Shown here: piece after piece, positions 52,401 through 64,000 of the stretch
Layout of the letters: every line of letters begins with the position of its first letter
Position numbering within the stretch: position 1 is the first letter of the stretch
Assembly: GCA_030265395.1 (NCBI GenBank)
Contig: JARFYF010000058.1
Span: 13,703,194 to 13,767,193 of the forward strand
Origin: Rhina ancylostomus
Taxonomy: Eukaryota
DNA length: 64,000 nt
Direction of reading: 5' to 3'
Position numbers and translations under genes: made by a program
The notes under the pieces: model-generated
Told to the model about the DNA's origin: nothing
The model's database searches: none
What the model saw: the letters and a program-made list of their open reading frames with translations, nothing else

Positions 52401-53464
52401 GTTGCAAGTTTTCTGTGATTAATTTAGTCTATTTATCAGAAATAATTTTAATTGATCCTGATTGGGAAGTGGGAATTATTTTGACTGAAATGTGCTTGAT
52501 AAATGTTAACAAAACTTGCAAAACACAACGGTAGAGATATTTGTATGACAGATATTTGTATGACAATTTCTAGAGCATGCTAGACTGTTATTGCTGGAAT
52601 AAGAGTGAAGTCTTCATAGCTACTATTTTATTAATTGGTTTGGCTAGTAGCACATTGGTTAAATATAATTCAGAAGTTTATAGGTTAATGCCTCTGGACT
52701 CTGTGGGGGCAGGAGCAGGGGGAATGGAAAGAATAGCAGATGTGCAGTATTCAGATATTGTTATCAATGTGGCCTATCCTTTTTACTGCAGTTAAGAAAC
52801 CTGAAATGTGGGTTGAACAGTTGAAACAAAATCATTACAGAAAGCTGCTATTTATAAAGATAGCTTGAGGAGGTTTTTGCCCCCACTGATGGAAAGAATG
52901 AAAATGGTCAATTATCTCAGGCCATGCTAAGAGCCCTCCAAGAAGGCCTCCTGTCTTCTAACAGTTAGCATAGATTTGACTTTGTGTAGCCGATTTCATT
53001 TGGATTCTTCATGGAGAAAGTAAAGAGAATCACTTTTTCAGCTGAAATACAGATCGTTGGAGTTATTCCATGTGGTGTAGTGTTTAAACCCTTCACATTA
53101 TAGGGCTGCCTGGCTGGTTAGACTTAATACCAAAGATCTAATAATCTGGAAGCAGTTTTTTTTCTAATTAATCATCATTTTTGTTTTATTTCTGAATTTT
53201 AATTTGAAATATGAGTACCAAGTAGAGCTAAATGGTCTCCTGTAAATCCAACAGTATACTTTCTGTATGAGGTGAGTTTGTCAAAGTTGGACACTGTTAT
53301 GTATCATGACACTGTTATGATTNNNNNNNNNNNNNNNNNNNNNNNNNNNNNNNNNNNNNNNNNNNNNNNNNNNNNNNNNNNNNNNNNNNNNNNNNNNNNN
53401 NNNNNNNNNNNNNNNNNNNNNNTCATGACACTGTTATGATTGACTTTTAATTTTATTTTCCCAG

Positions 53465-53527
53465 ATAAAAGTGTCATTTGATCTCAACAATGTTCAAATG
53501 AAGTACTTTGATGAAGATAATGAAGAG
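53465..53527 (+). CDS. NBR1: NBR1 coding exon 2 (PB1 acidic OPCA motif)
   Basis: IKVSFDLNNVQMKYFDEDNEE. 63 nt, ccag|...GAG|gtaagt. Confidence 0.97.
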
Positions 53528-54299
53528 GTAAGTTTCTGTGACATTGGAGTAAATCATTGAAGTATTCAGTACAGATTGAATACATTTACTCAAGATCTTC
53601 ATGTGGTTGGCATTGATAGTGAAACATAATTAACTTTTATGATTTAGCATGCAACATTTTTTTGAAAAATTAATTTCTTGTTTAGTTGTGCTGCTTGGAG
53701 TTGAGAGCCCAATGCTAGTTAATAGCAAATACAAAACCTATGATCTGTTGTTTTAATGATCAACCAATGAGTGTTCTTTTTGGAATAAAATATTAGAACC
53801 ATTCTGAATTGCTGGCAGATTCAGTGATCTGATAACTGAGCTGGCATTGCAGGGTATGAGAGATGAATGATCAGACAGCCAGGTTTGTTAATGGGATTTG
53901 TTGGAACAAATCAATTAGAAAGCCCATCTAAAACTGAGAGAGGATGTTTGGGTATCTAAAGAATGGATGTGTGCCAGAGATCTTTCAAGGTCATCTAGTT
54001 AAACTCTAGCACTTCCTGTGCACACTTGAGATCTTGTCAATCCGCAGCTAAATTACATGAGCATAAGTAAACGGGGTTTCTTCAAAGCAAGCAGACCGAA
54101 ACTGCATGTGTAGTTTTCTCTGTACCTTGGGTTGGAGGTTTTTGTGATGATTTCTGAAAGAATCAAATGTTCTGTTCCCAGTGGTATGATTAAGGAGGAA
54201 AAGATGACCACTGTCTTAGAGGGAAATCTGTGCTCACTTAATATTTTAGAATTTTTTTAGGGTATACTTTATTTCATGATTTTTTTTTCCTTTTTTTAG

Positions 54300-54318
54300 G
54301 TGTCTGTTAACAGTGCAG
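54300..54318 (+). CDS. NBR1: NBR1 19-nt microexon
   Basis: VSVNSA(E), cf. human VSINSQ. Long poly-T acceptor, CAG|gtaggt. Confidence 0.92.
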
Positions 54319-55762
54319 GTAGGTGTGCATAAGAATCATATTTGTACGAATAGGAAATCTGCCATTTAAAAAAAAATCTATGTTGATTGTATTTGGCCTC
54401 AAACTTGGCTTGCATACAGGAACTTGAAAAGCAGAAAAAAAAAGTTACCTTTGCCAAGACAGTATATAATTTTATAAATCTTGTAGAATTCATAAGATTA
54501 AAGAAGCCTATTGCTAATAAGCCATGCACAGTTTTGGGTCCAACTGCTGATTACTGTAACTAAAACCAACACCTGCAGATTTACTGCTTAGTATTGATTA
54601 GAATTTTTTTTGCAAAGTAGTATACACATGGCTTTGCGCTCCCAAATTTCACTGAAGATGTGGAGTGTGCTGGCCAAGACACAGCATCAATTTTAGAGGA
54701 CATACAGGTTTTTAGATACCCTCCCGATGGAGGACGTAAATCCTGCACTTATAGTGAAGGTAAATGCTCTAATCTGTCCTCCTCAACACCTTGGTACTGC
54801 AGGACAGAGGTACCAGTGCTGGTTTTCTGTCCTTGTATTCTTCCAACAGACCAACAGGAACCGAGCAAACATTTCCCCTTGTGACTCCAGTAAGGAATCT
54901 TAAGAAGATAAAATCTTTAGAGTTCACAAAATGTTGTTTGTGTTGAATGTGTGGGGGAAAATCTTTGAGCATCTCCCTGTATATTTAATCAAATCCTTTT
55001 GAAATATCTAGCAACAAGTGAATGGTAAGGTCATCCTGTGTTAACAGTGCCCAACTTGTGGATGAGCTCCCATAATATTATTAAATTCAAAAGTCCAATG
55101 TCATCATTTCTACAAATGGAAGATCTCTCCCTCTCCCTACCCCCTCCCCCTCTCATATTTGTTCTTTCTTATCAGTCGTGTGTGCTTTTGATGCCATTCA
55201 TTACAATTCATTGGAGGTGTGGTTACCATATCGAGTGATTTTTGTTTTAGTGTATTTTCTGACTTGCTGACAAAATCAACTTGTGTGCATCTGAAAAAAT
55301 GGAACCCATGTGTTACCTGGGGGTGGCCTGTATGCCTTTAAGTAATGTTTGAAGTCCTCAGCAATGCCTTGTCTATTTCTAAATGTACCTTCTCCTTAAT
55401 GGCAGCCAGCTAGAGTCGAGTGTTTTCCAAAAAAATGCCATTTTGCCTCCCTATTGAGTACCAGTAGCAAGTTGACCAGCAGTTCAGCCTCTAAACAATC
55501 TTCAAGTAGCTGTTCCTAGCTGCTACTAGACTGAATTAATCATTTGCTGAATTTGCCACTCAGGATCGCATCTTGGCCACATTGAAAACTTTTCAATGCT
55601 TAATTAAGTTTTAAAAAGGAAAACAAAATCACACCTTTAACTTTTTAAATTTGCCTTTGTTATGTAGTTATAGTTTATAAGGTTCACTTTCACTTTAGAC
55701 ATTTTGGTTTTATCCTTGCCCTTTTCTGTTTGATAGTTTTGTTTTCATTTTCTCTTTCACAG

Positions 55763-55785
55763 AGGAATATGAAGAACTTTTAAAG
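55763..55785 (+). CDS. NBR1: NBR1 23-nt microexon
   Basis: (E)EYEELLK, cf. human GEYEEALK. cacag|...AAG|gtaaat. Confidence 0.92.
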
Positions 55786-57437
55786 GTAAATATTATTAAT
55801 TCTAATTTAAGATAGCCTTGATATTCAATTCTGTAATTTAACTTTGCTTAATTTTCCACATTACTGAGTAACTTCATTGACTTGTACACAAAGGAAGAAT
55901 GTGCACTGATTAATTCATATTATGTATGTGCTGACATGATTACTTCCTTGTAATCAATTATATCAGTAAGTTCACCAATTTGCATCTCAATCATCAGTCC
56001 TTTTAGCATGTGTATGTAGTCAAATATAATGAATAAATTTGGGTATATTCTCTACCTTGTTCCTTCCAGTCATTGACAGAGAATTGGCTGCTTAGGCTTC
56101 TTGTCTTCCTTCCACATCTTTGGCTCTCTCTTGTTTCTCATTGGCTTGGGGTACTTTGGCAACATCAGATGAGGAAAAAGCTGTTGGATTTCCACGTATA
56201 CACCGATACCACGTTCAACTCCAGCACTGCCAGTTTTGATCACACTATTGCTTCCAAATGCCTAAAACTGCTTATCCAACATAAAATGTTGGATGAGTGT
56301 AAATTTTCTTCAGTTAATCATTAGAAAGACTGAAGGCATTATTTTCAGTATTTGCCATAGACTCTATCCACCTCCCTGAAAACTGTCTGAAACCAAACAA
56401 GTTGAGTTCTAATCTATACTGCATTTGACAGCAAAATAAGTGGCTAACCACATTTGCAGCATCATCAAAGCATTCTACTTCTGTAACATTTATTGAACTC
56501 CAGCCCTACCTCAATATACCTTTTGCTGAATCCCTCATCAATGTCTTTCTTTCTACCTTCCTGACTTTATTATACCACTGCAGAAGTGGTGCTCTCCTGC
56601 TTTTTACCTTGCGTAAACACTTGCCATACAGGTCCTCACTTTCACTAAAACTGTTCATGGTTAATGCATTGTCCCTGTACTAATAGATGTGAATTAGTTT
56701 CTCACTTAAGCAACTATTCTATTTTAAAATTATTATCCTTATTCTTGCATCCCTTTTTGTCCCTTCCTAATTCTTTAGGTATCTGTATTTCTCCAATTCT
56801 AGCATCTTGGAAACCCTTCATTAATTATTTGCTCACTGACAGTCATCCCTTTAGCTGTCCTGTCCTAAACTCTGAACTACTCAAAACTCTCTGCCTTCTT
56901 TCTCTTTGAGATGCACTTTCAAACTTGTCTCTCTATCTTGCCTGTCTTAAGTCATCTTGTAAGTCTCAGATTTTGTCCAACATAATCCATTGTAGCACTT
57001 TGAACATTTTGAAGATGCTAGATAAATATAAGTAGTTGTCCCTGCTTTCTTGTGAACAAGACTGTCAGGTCTGTACCTCGTCAGCTTGCTCAGCTAAACC
57101 ACAGGGCATTAAGAATTTATAGACATGGGGTATGATTAAAATCAAGTGTTGGACAGATTGGATAGTGAAGGCATTTTCCTTTCCTCATTCTATTAATAAT
57201 CAGAATGATTGAATTCATATATATAATCTGTAATTTGAACTTTCCAACCTGAGTTGCTTTAATAGTTTAGTGAACATTACAGAATATGCTGTTTGCTATT
57301 ATTCCACAGTAACTTTTAAAAATACAAGTGAATAATGTTTGGTAATAAGTTGTTCTGTTTAATTGAGTGCTGTGTAATATGTTGCTTTTGGTACAATGTG
57401 ATTTCTATTTTTGTTGTTGTTTTGTCCTCTTGATCAG

Positions 57438-57653
57438 AGTGCAGTTAAACAAGGAAAACAGATTCAAATGAATGCTTATGAAGTAAAACTGAAGGATAAA
57501 CTGGAAAACCATAGTGCAAAGAGAACATTTGAAAATAATGAGTTGAAAGGGTCTCAGAATAAGAAAGCTAAGAAAAAAGAAATGAAACATTATTCACAGT
57601 TAGCAAAAGTCATTGGCCCCGAGATGAAGGTTTCACAAGAAGCTAAAAAAAAG
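57438..57653 (+). CDS. NBR1: NBR1 coding exon 5 (end of PB1 and linker)
   Basis: SAVKQGKQIQMNAYE...HYSQLAKVIG...KKK, cf. human MAVKQGNQLQMQVHE. 216 nt. Confidence 0.93.
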
Positions 57654-57739
57654 GTAATTTTTAAAATATTATATGAACAATTTGTTCTATAGGATCATCA
57701 TTATAGCCTTTTACACTTTCCCACATCATTAATCACAGT

Positions 57740-58585
57740 AAAACAACACTAAAACAGGACTTTCGACCCAACTTGTCCATGCCATCCACCTGAACTGGTC
57801 CCATTTGGCCCATATCCCCTTCAAACCTTTCCTATCCATGTACCTGTAAGTGTGTTTTTAAATGTTGTAACTGTACCCACCTCTACAGCTTCTTCATTCC
57901 ACACACCCACCACCCTCTGTTTGGCTGGAGGTGGGGGGGGGTGATGGAGGAAGGGAAGGATGAGTTGCTCTTCTGGTCCCTTTTTAAATATCTCCCTTCT
58001 CACCTTAAACCTATACCCTTGAGTTTTAGATTCCCCTACCCTGGGGGGGAAAAGACTGACTGTTCACTTTTTTTTCTATGCCCCTCATGATTTTGTATAA
58101 CCTTCATAAAGTCACCCCTCAGCCTCCTACACTCCAGGGAAAAGTCTAGCCAATCCAACCTCTTATTTTAACTTGAGTTCCCCAGTCCCAGATCATGAAT
58201 CTTTTTGGCACCATTTGCAGGTTAATGACATCCTTTTATGTAGCTGGGCGTCCAGAATGGCACACAATATTCCAGGTGCAGTCTCACCAATGACTCATAC
58301 AGTTGTAACACGACATACCAACTCCTGTATTCATTGCCCTGACTGAAGGAAAGCATGCCAAATGCCTTCTTTACCACCCTCTGTACCTGCATCTCCTCCT
58401 CTTTTCGAGGAACTTTGTGCCTGTATCCCTAAGTCTCTCTGTTCTACGATACTCTCCAGGGCTCTACTATTTATTGTGCAAGTCCTGCCCTGATTTAACT
58501 TGCCAAGTTAAACACCTTGGCCTTATGAGTTAAGTTCCATCTGCCATTCCTTGGCTCACTTCCTCAGTTGATCTAGACTGGTTGT
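57740..58585 (-). mobile_element. CR1 LINE 3' fragment
   Basis: Reverse complement closely parallels 25421-26270. Confidence 0.8.
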
Positions 58586-59181
58586 AAGAGAATTGGAAAG
58601 ATTTAACATCAAAAGATCTGTTTCTGTTTATTCTGTTTACACTTTCTTTAATTGGAAAGCTACTTGTATTCTTTTACAGTTTTTTTAATAATTAAGCAAC
58701 TTTCGCACCTCATTTGCTTTGTCACCCCAAGTCAATGCCAGTCTCTGATGGAAGGTGCAGATGACCTGCATCTGGAGTATGATCGGTGTCATTATTAAGC
58801 GACTTAGCTGTTGCTACAAGAAACTAGTGTGGAAGGGAGAAAGAAGAGAAATTCTCCTCCCTGTTCCTCTATTTCTACCTGTGATAAAAGATGCATGACT
58901 GTTTTTCTGCTACCTCCATAATCCCATGCTCAATCATTAGATTGTAAACAGGAGATGGTATTATTGATGTAGACATGTGAGCTAATACATATTTCATCTT
59001 TTGCTTTAAGGTTCCACAAATGTGGTAGAATTTGTATTGAATGAACCAGCAATAACAATTATAATATGCTGTTGCTTTCTTAATATTCTGGAATATTTTT
59101 GTACTAATTTATTGGTTGTGCACTGCTTCCAATAGTTCCTTTTAATTTACACTAATACTTATCCTATTGCTGTTCTTGTAG

Positions 59182-59259
59182 ATGCTGCCTAAAGATGCAA
59201 ATCAAACAAAGGAAAATTGGCAGCTGCCTCCAGTTTGGTTTACAGAATACATGGAAATG
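59182..59259 (+). CDS. NBR1: NBR1 coding exon 6
   Basis: MLPKDANQTKENWQLPPVWFTEYMEM, cf. human PPDWFTSYLET. 78 nt, canonical sites. Confidence 0.92.
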
Positions 59260-61452
59260 GTAAGTAAAGGCATTCCTGGTAGTCAAGATGGGATTGAAAC
59301 CTGTTAGCTTCTGCCTCACTAGCTTGATGTCTCAAATTATGAGCACATGAGAGAGCAACAACATTGTAGGATTAATTCAATGTACCTGCTTTTATCAGAA
59401 ATTTTGTGGTATTTTTGTCCTGTAATTCTAAAGCTTTACATTCCTACTAATTAAAATGAATGTATATCTGGTTTTATGGTGTGATAATTTGCATTGAGTA
59501 ACTGATAAGGGATGGTGCTTTTTTTAATCATTGTTTTTATTAATCCATGTTAGTACTTTTTCTTTTGTAGTTCATTTTATTCAAAGATGGTAAGGCTTTG
59601 GAGTTGGTGCTGAACTGGATTTGTTTTTAAAAGTTGTGGCCAGATTTATAGTAGTCTAATATTGCATTATCAAACTGTTGATTTACTGAAAAATGAACAG
59701 GAGGGCATTAATTGACTTCTTGCCCATTTTATTCTTTCTAACAGCTGTTTTATTTCATTATGGACATAACATTAACAAAAACTGAATTTGTGACCTCTGG
59801 ACATTTCAGAACACTTCAGACATTGAAGAAATTGCCATTCACAGGGAAATAGAGCAGCCAATTTGAATGCTGCAAGGGTAGACAATGAGTCTTAATAACA
59901 AGATCATGTACTTGAGTGATTTTGATCAAAAGTTAATTGTTAATAAGAACCCCTATAGAATTCTGTTTCCCACCCCATGGCTCCTTGCATACTGCTGCAT
60001 AATTTTTTTTAAAATTCAAAATTCAACTAAATTTTCTATTTCTGCAGAGCATGATGCTGTTAGATGTTTCTGTGAGGAACATGAATACAAGTAACTGAAA
60101 GCTAATAGTTTGAAAACTTGAATGTAGGTGGATTCTAGACATTCTCAGTTGTCAATATTTAACTTGCTATTTTCATCCAACCTGCTGTTTACTTACAGAG
60201 AGTTGCTTAACCTGCATTGTACCTCAATGCCCCCATGACCAAAAGGAAGTTGATTTTAAAGAATAAACATGTGGAGATGTGTCTTGTTTGGTAATTGGCA
60301 AGAAAAGCCTGTGCTTTGATNNNNNGTTTGTGATGAGATTGCTTAGTTCATTGAATTAATTATGGGCATAGTCAGCCAAGCAGGAATTGGGTATTCTTCA
60401 CTTGTCGTGCATTTCCAGAGTCTGGGGAAGGGCCAACTCTGTGTATATTCCCTGCTGCTCACTCCAGCTGATGAACCTTGCTGGATACTGCATATGCATT
60501 GACAGCTGGAGTTGCTGTAATGCCCTACCACATGAAATGTCCACTGAAGATTCTTGTCTATGTTGAAGCACAACTATTGTCTCCTGTATTGGGGATGGAA
60601 GTGGTTTTCCAAAGCCTAGTATGAGTGAAACTAAAGTTAAAATTGCTGATTTCTGCCCCCCTCCTTGTATTCCAGGGAAGCAGGGGCAGAGAATTATGTT
60701 CGTAAAACAGTGGAATCTATTTCCTACTGTTGATCTTTGCCCACAGGAATGCAAAGCTGATTTAATGCAGACATGTTCATATGATTATATTAATGGCTGT
60801 CAATCTATGTAATAGTTGTTCATTCTTTTTCTCTGTCTAGATCTTAATAATCTAGTTATGGATGGGTGTCAGTGATTTGCAACTTCTGTAGGTCATTTGA
60901 ATGCTCAAGTTATATAACCTTCTGTCACATTCATTCATGTTTAATTGAATTGCATAAACGTATCTTGGTTATGTTGCTGGTGTCCAAATGAAACTCCTTA
61001 GCTTGCACACAGATTAAAATCAGAAAGTACTTTGCACTTACTAGCAAAGGACCGGAATATTAGCAGTTTTAAATAATGCATTACCATTACCAGAAGTTAA
61101 GTATTATCAGAGAAAATGGAAATATTTCTCATCCCAAAATAGATTTGGAAGTATAGTAAGAGTTCATTTCAACACTTCCCTGAATCTCTTGTATCTCTTG
61201 TTTCTTTTGGACTAACACCTAACTATTTTGGTTCCTTTTTTCTCTTTTGCATCTAAGGCAAGGGATTAAAAAAAAAGCACTCCAGTTCATTGCAAAATTG
61301 TTTCTTTACCTATTGGTGTCAATGGACAGAATATCAAAGGCAGGTAGAGCAGAGAAGAAGGCTTAGAATTCTGCCCTGTTCATTATAACCCTGTTTCGGT
61401 CTTTTTTTTTGTCCTTGGAATCTTAGTATCTGTACATCTTCTTCATTTTCAG

Positions 61453-61670
61453 TTCAAAGAAACCTTTGTGAGAGAAGCTGTTGACAGGATCTGTTGTGAT
61501 TTCTTTGAGAAAATGAACATTCAGCATCGTGTGCGTGATCCTTCCAATGGCCTGATGGCATGTCCTATCCAAGTTCCAGAAGTGCACACAACACAGGTTA
61601 ACTGCTATGATTGGCTTATGACTTGTAACAACTGCCAATCTCGAATTGTTGGAATACGCTACCAGTGCAG
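61453..61670 (+). CDS. NBR1: NBR1 coding exon 7 (start of ZZ zinc finger)
   Basis: FKETFVREAVDRI...DWLMTCNNCQSRIVGIRYQC(S). 218 nt. Confidence 0.96.
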
Positions 61671-62856
61671 GTAATGTGAAGTATAAATTTTTACTTACCT
61701 AGTCGCAATTAAGTGGTGACTATTACAATTGTAAGAATTTGACCACTGTGGGTAATTAAGTCTGAATGACAAATCAGGGTTTTTGCAGTCAGATTAAAAC
61801 ACTTAAGGGTGCAGGGATACTGGAGTTTCAGTACTGGCATATCAGTGTTTTAATTTGCACCAATGCTGCAGTCATGCTGTATGTGAAAGATCAAACAAAG
61901 AAACAAAGCCTGGACAGTCAATCATTCAATTTCACACTTGACTTGTAAGTTTGTGCAAAGGGGATTTGGTCTTGTACTTTTAATAAACTTGTTCAGTGTT
62001 GAAAGCTTCATTGGACGTTCCTCAAGTGAGTTGGCAGACTGATTTCTGAGTTGCTCCTTATTCAGGGGCAGTGGATCATGGCAGACATTTTTGTACCCAG
62101 TTAACTCCACTTAGGTATACTGTTTAAATTTTAATGCTTGGAGAAGACTGTCATTTCTAAATTTAAATTAAATTTTAAAATTTAAATTTTTTAAATTTTA
62201 CTTAGTGTGGTAACAGACCCTTCTGGCCCAACAAGTCCGCATTATTGACTGTGATTACAGTTGTGTGGTTCTGTTGCACCTTGGTGGTGGCATTCACTTT
62301 TCTTTCATTACACTTGCAAACTGTGCTGTGCTACTTGTCAGTAGAAAACCAAAACCACTTTAAGGCTATGCCAACTATGCAGCAAAATTGCAAACAATGC
62401 AGAATTTTTGACATAATTTTACAAAAATATCCTGTACGAAACATGGCATATGGGCAAAAAGTTTTTGCTTAATCATTGGCAGTATCCCTTTCTTCCTCCT
62501 CTATTGATTGCTGGTTTATGAATATTCAGGCTAGTTTGTAATTAACTATTTGTAGAGACTGAAACCATATTTTGAGGTCGGTGGTGGGCCTTTTCCATTC
62601 ATATTGGGACTTAACAATGGGAAGCAGGCAGTAGCCAATGTTTTCTATTTGATTCACTTCCCCAGGTTACTTATTTAAAAATGACAGTAATAAAGAATTT
62701 ATATTTCTCGTGAAGCCATCAGTTAAAAAGGAATTACTGCCTTTGGTGAAATAAGCTTGAGGAAATGTATTCATCTTTTAATTTCCTGTTTATGAGAAGC
62801 ATAAGAATGTATTTTTGGATGTATTTAAAATGTGATTTAAATTTTATTTTTCATAG

Positions 62857-63015
62857 CATTTGCCCTACTTATACCATCTGTGATTCGTGTGAAGCTGGTG
62901 ATTATAGACATGATCCTAATCATGCATTGTTGAAATTGAGAAAAGCCTTAACATCAACTGAGATCACACCTACACAGTTTGGAAACTCTCTCCCTGGTGT
63001 AGCAGAACAAACAAG
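62857..63015 (+). CDS. NBR1: NBR1 coding exon 8 (end of ZZ zinc finger)
   Basis: (S)ICPTYTICDSCEAGDYRHDPNHALLKLRK...EQT(R). 159 nt; the gene continues beyond the window. Confidence 0.96.
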
Positions 63016-64000
63016 GTAATATTAATCTTCACATGCATGAGGATTATAGAATTTAACTACTAATATACCATTTGGTATGAAATGCAAAAAGGTAGAAAGG
63101 TGAAACTTTGGGCAGGGAGATGGACACTGTCAATTTCCAGTAGCTAACAGGTTTAAGAAAAGGGACCACAGGTATGATGCTGAATATTTAAAAAAAATAG
63201 AATGGAGTGGGCTTAACTTGTTATAATGACTTGGGGCTGAGGAGGGGGGGGGATATTGCAAAATTTATTTGTCTTAGTAGTGGTTGAGGGTGAAAGTGTC
63301 CAGAAGGGGAAAAGGATATGAGAACCAGGCAAGTGAATGTAATTCAAACTAATCACTTAGAGGATGAATGTGGATACCATGCACTCTATTCTGAACTCCA
63401 TGGCAAGAGATTCCCAGTTGTACACAGGAAATGATTGTGAGCCTTTCTTTAAAATCCTCTGTGAAAATGTATAACGTCTCCTTTGACTTGTGGGAGTCCC
63501 ATGACAGCTTGAGATGGAGATGTTGCATTCAGGATGGGATTAAGAATCCTTTTGAGATTATTTGTCTGGACACACACTTGTATCCAGTATAAATGGCAGA
63601 TGGAGATCTACCTGCCCTCTTCAAGCCCCTCCTGCCTTGCCTGTGTCCAAGTCTGTGGGTCCTGCATATGCCATAGCAGCTCTGTGGAACTGGAGTAGAA
63701 GCAGATCATCCCCTGAGAGAAAAATGTTAGAGTAATGTAGTTGAGATATCAGTTATTTATAGTTGACACAAACTGGTCATTATAGTAACAGAAATGAAAA
63801 CTGACTAGACATCTGCAATTTTGGTGATGTTCACATCCAGTGTTTCAAATTCTGTGCACAGTGTGATGTAATTTAATTTCATTATAAGAGCTGTGTACAG
63901 TTTAATTTTTGAAGGAAGTTTGCTGAAATGTCACATTGTACCTCACTAGTTTCATTGTTGATTTTTCCAGTCAGCTTCAAAATGCACATACCTTTAAAGT

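Noticed and set aside
52535-52565. 15-bp tandem duplication agatatttgtatgac, and the AT-only palindromic tract near 62155-62200
   Set aside because: Ordinary slippage or low complexity; no CRISPR-like repeat-spacer structure anywhere in the window.

Overview
Eukaryotic, AT-rich vertebrate genomic DNA. The repeat content (CR1/L2 LINEs, Penelope termini, V-SINE/DeuSINE-like elements) suggests a cartilaginous fish; this is an inference. The window holds two genes arranged head-to-head around one CpG island (~44.1-45.5 kb). BRCA1 lies on the minus strand: 14 coding exons were reconstructed, equivalent to human legacy exons 2-16, covering the RING domain, the giant exon 11, the PALB2 coiled coil and the start of BRCT1 (about 1765 codons after gap correction), and the gene runs off the left edge. 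NBR1 lies on the plus strand: 8 coding exons covering PB1 to the ZZ finger, running off the right edge. All exon phases join into open frames. The apparent frameshift in BRCA1 exon 11 is an assembly-gap artefact. The most notable observations are the compact bidirectional promoter with a CLEAR/E-box cluster plus CRE, E2F and YY1 sites, a GC donor at BRCA1 exon 6, a CxxC motif in the NBR1 PB1 domain, and hammerhead-ribozyme remnants in Penelope termini. No prokaryote-type system (CRISPR etc.) is present, and I found no clearly novel system. Human comparisons are from memory, not from database searches; repeat boundaries are approximate.
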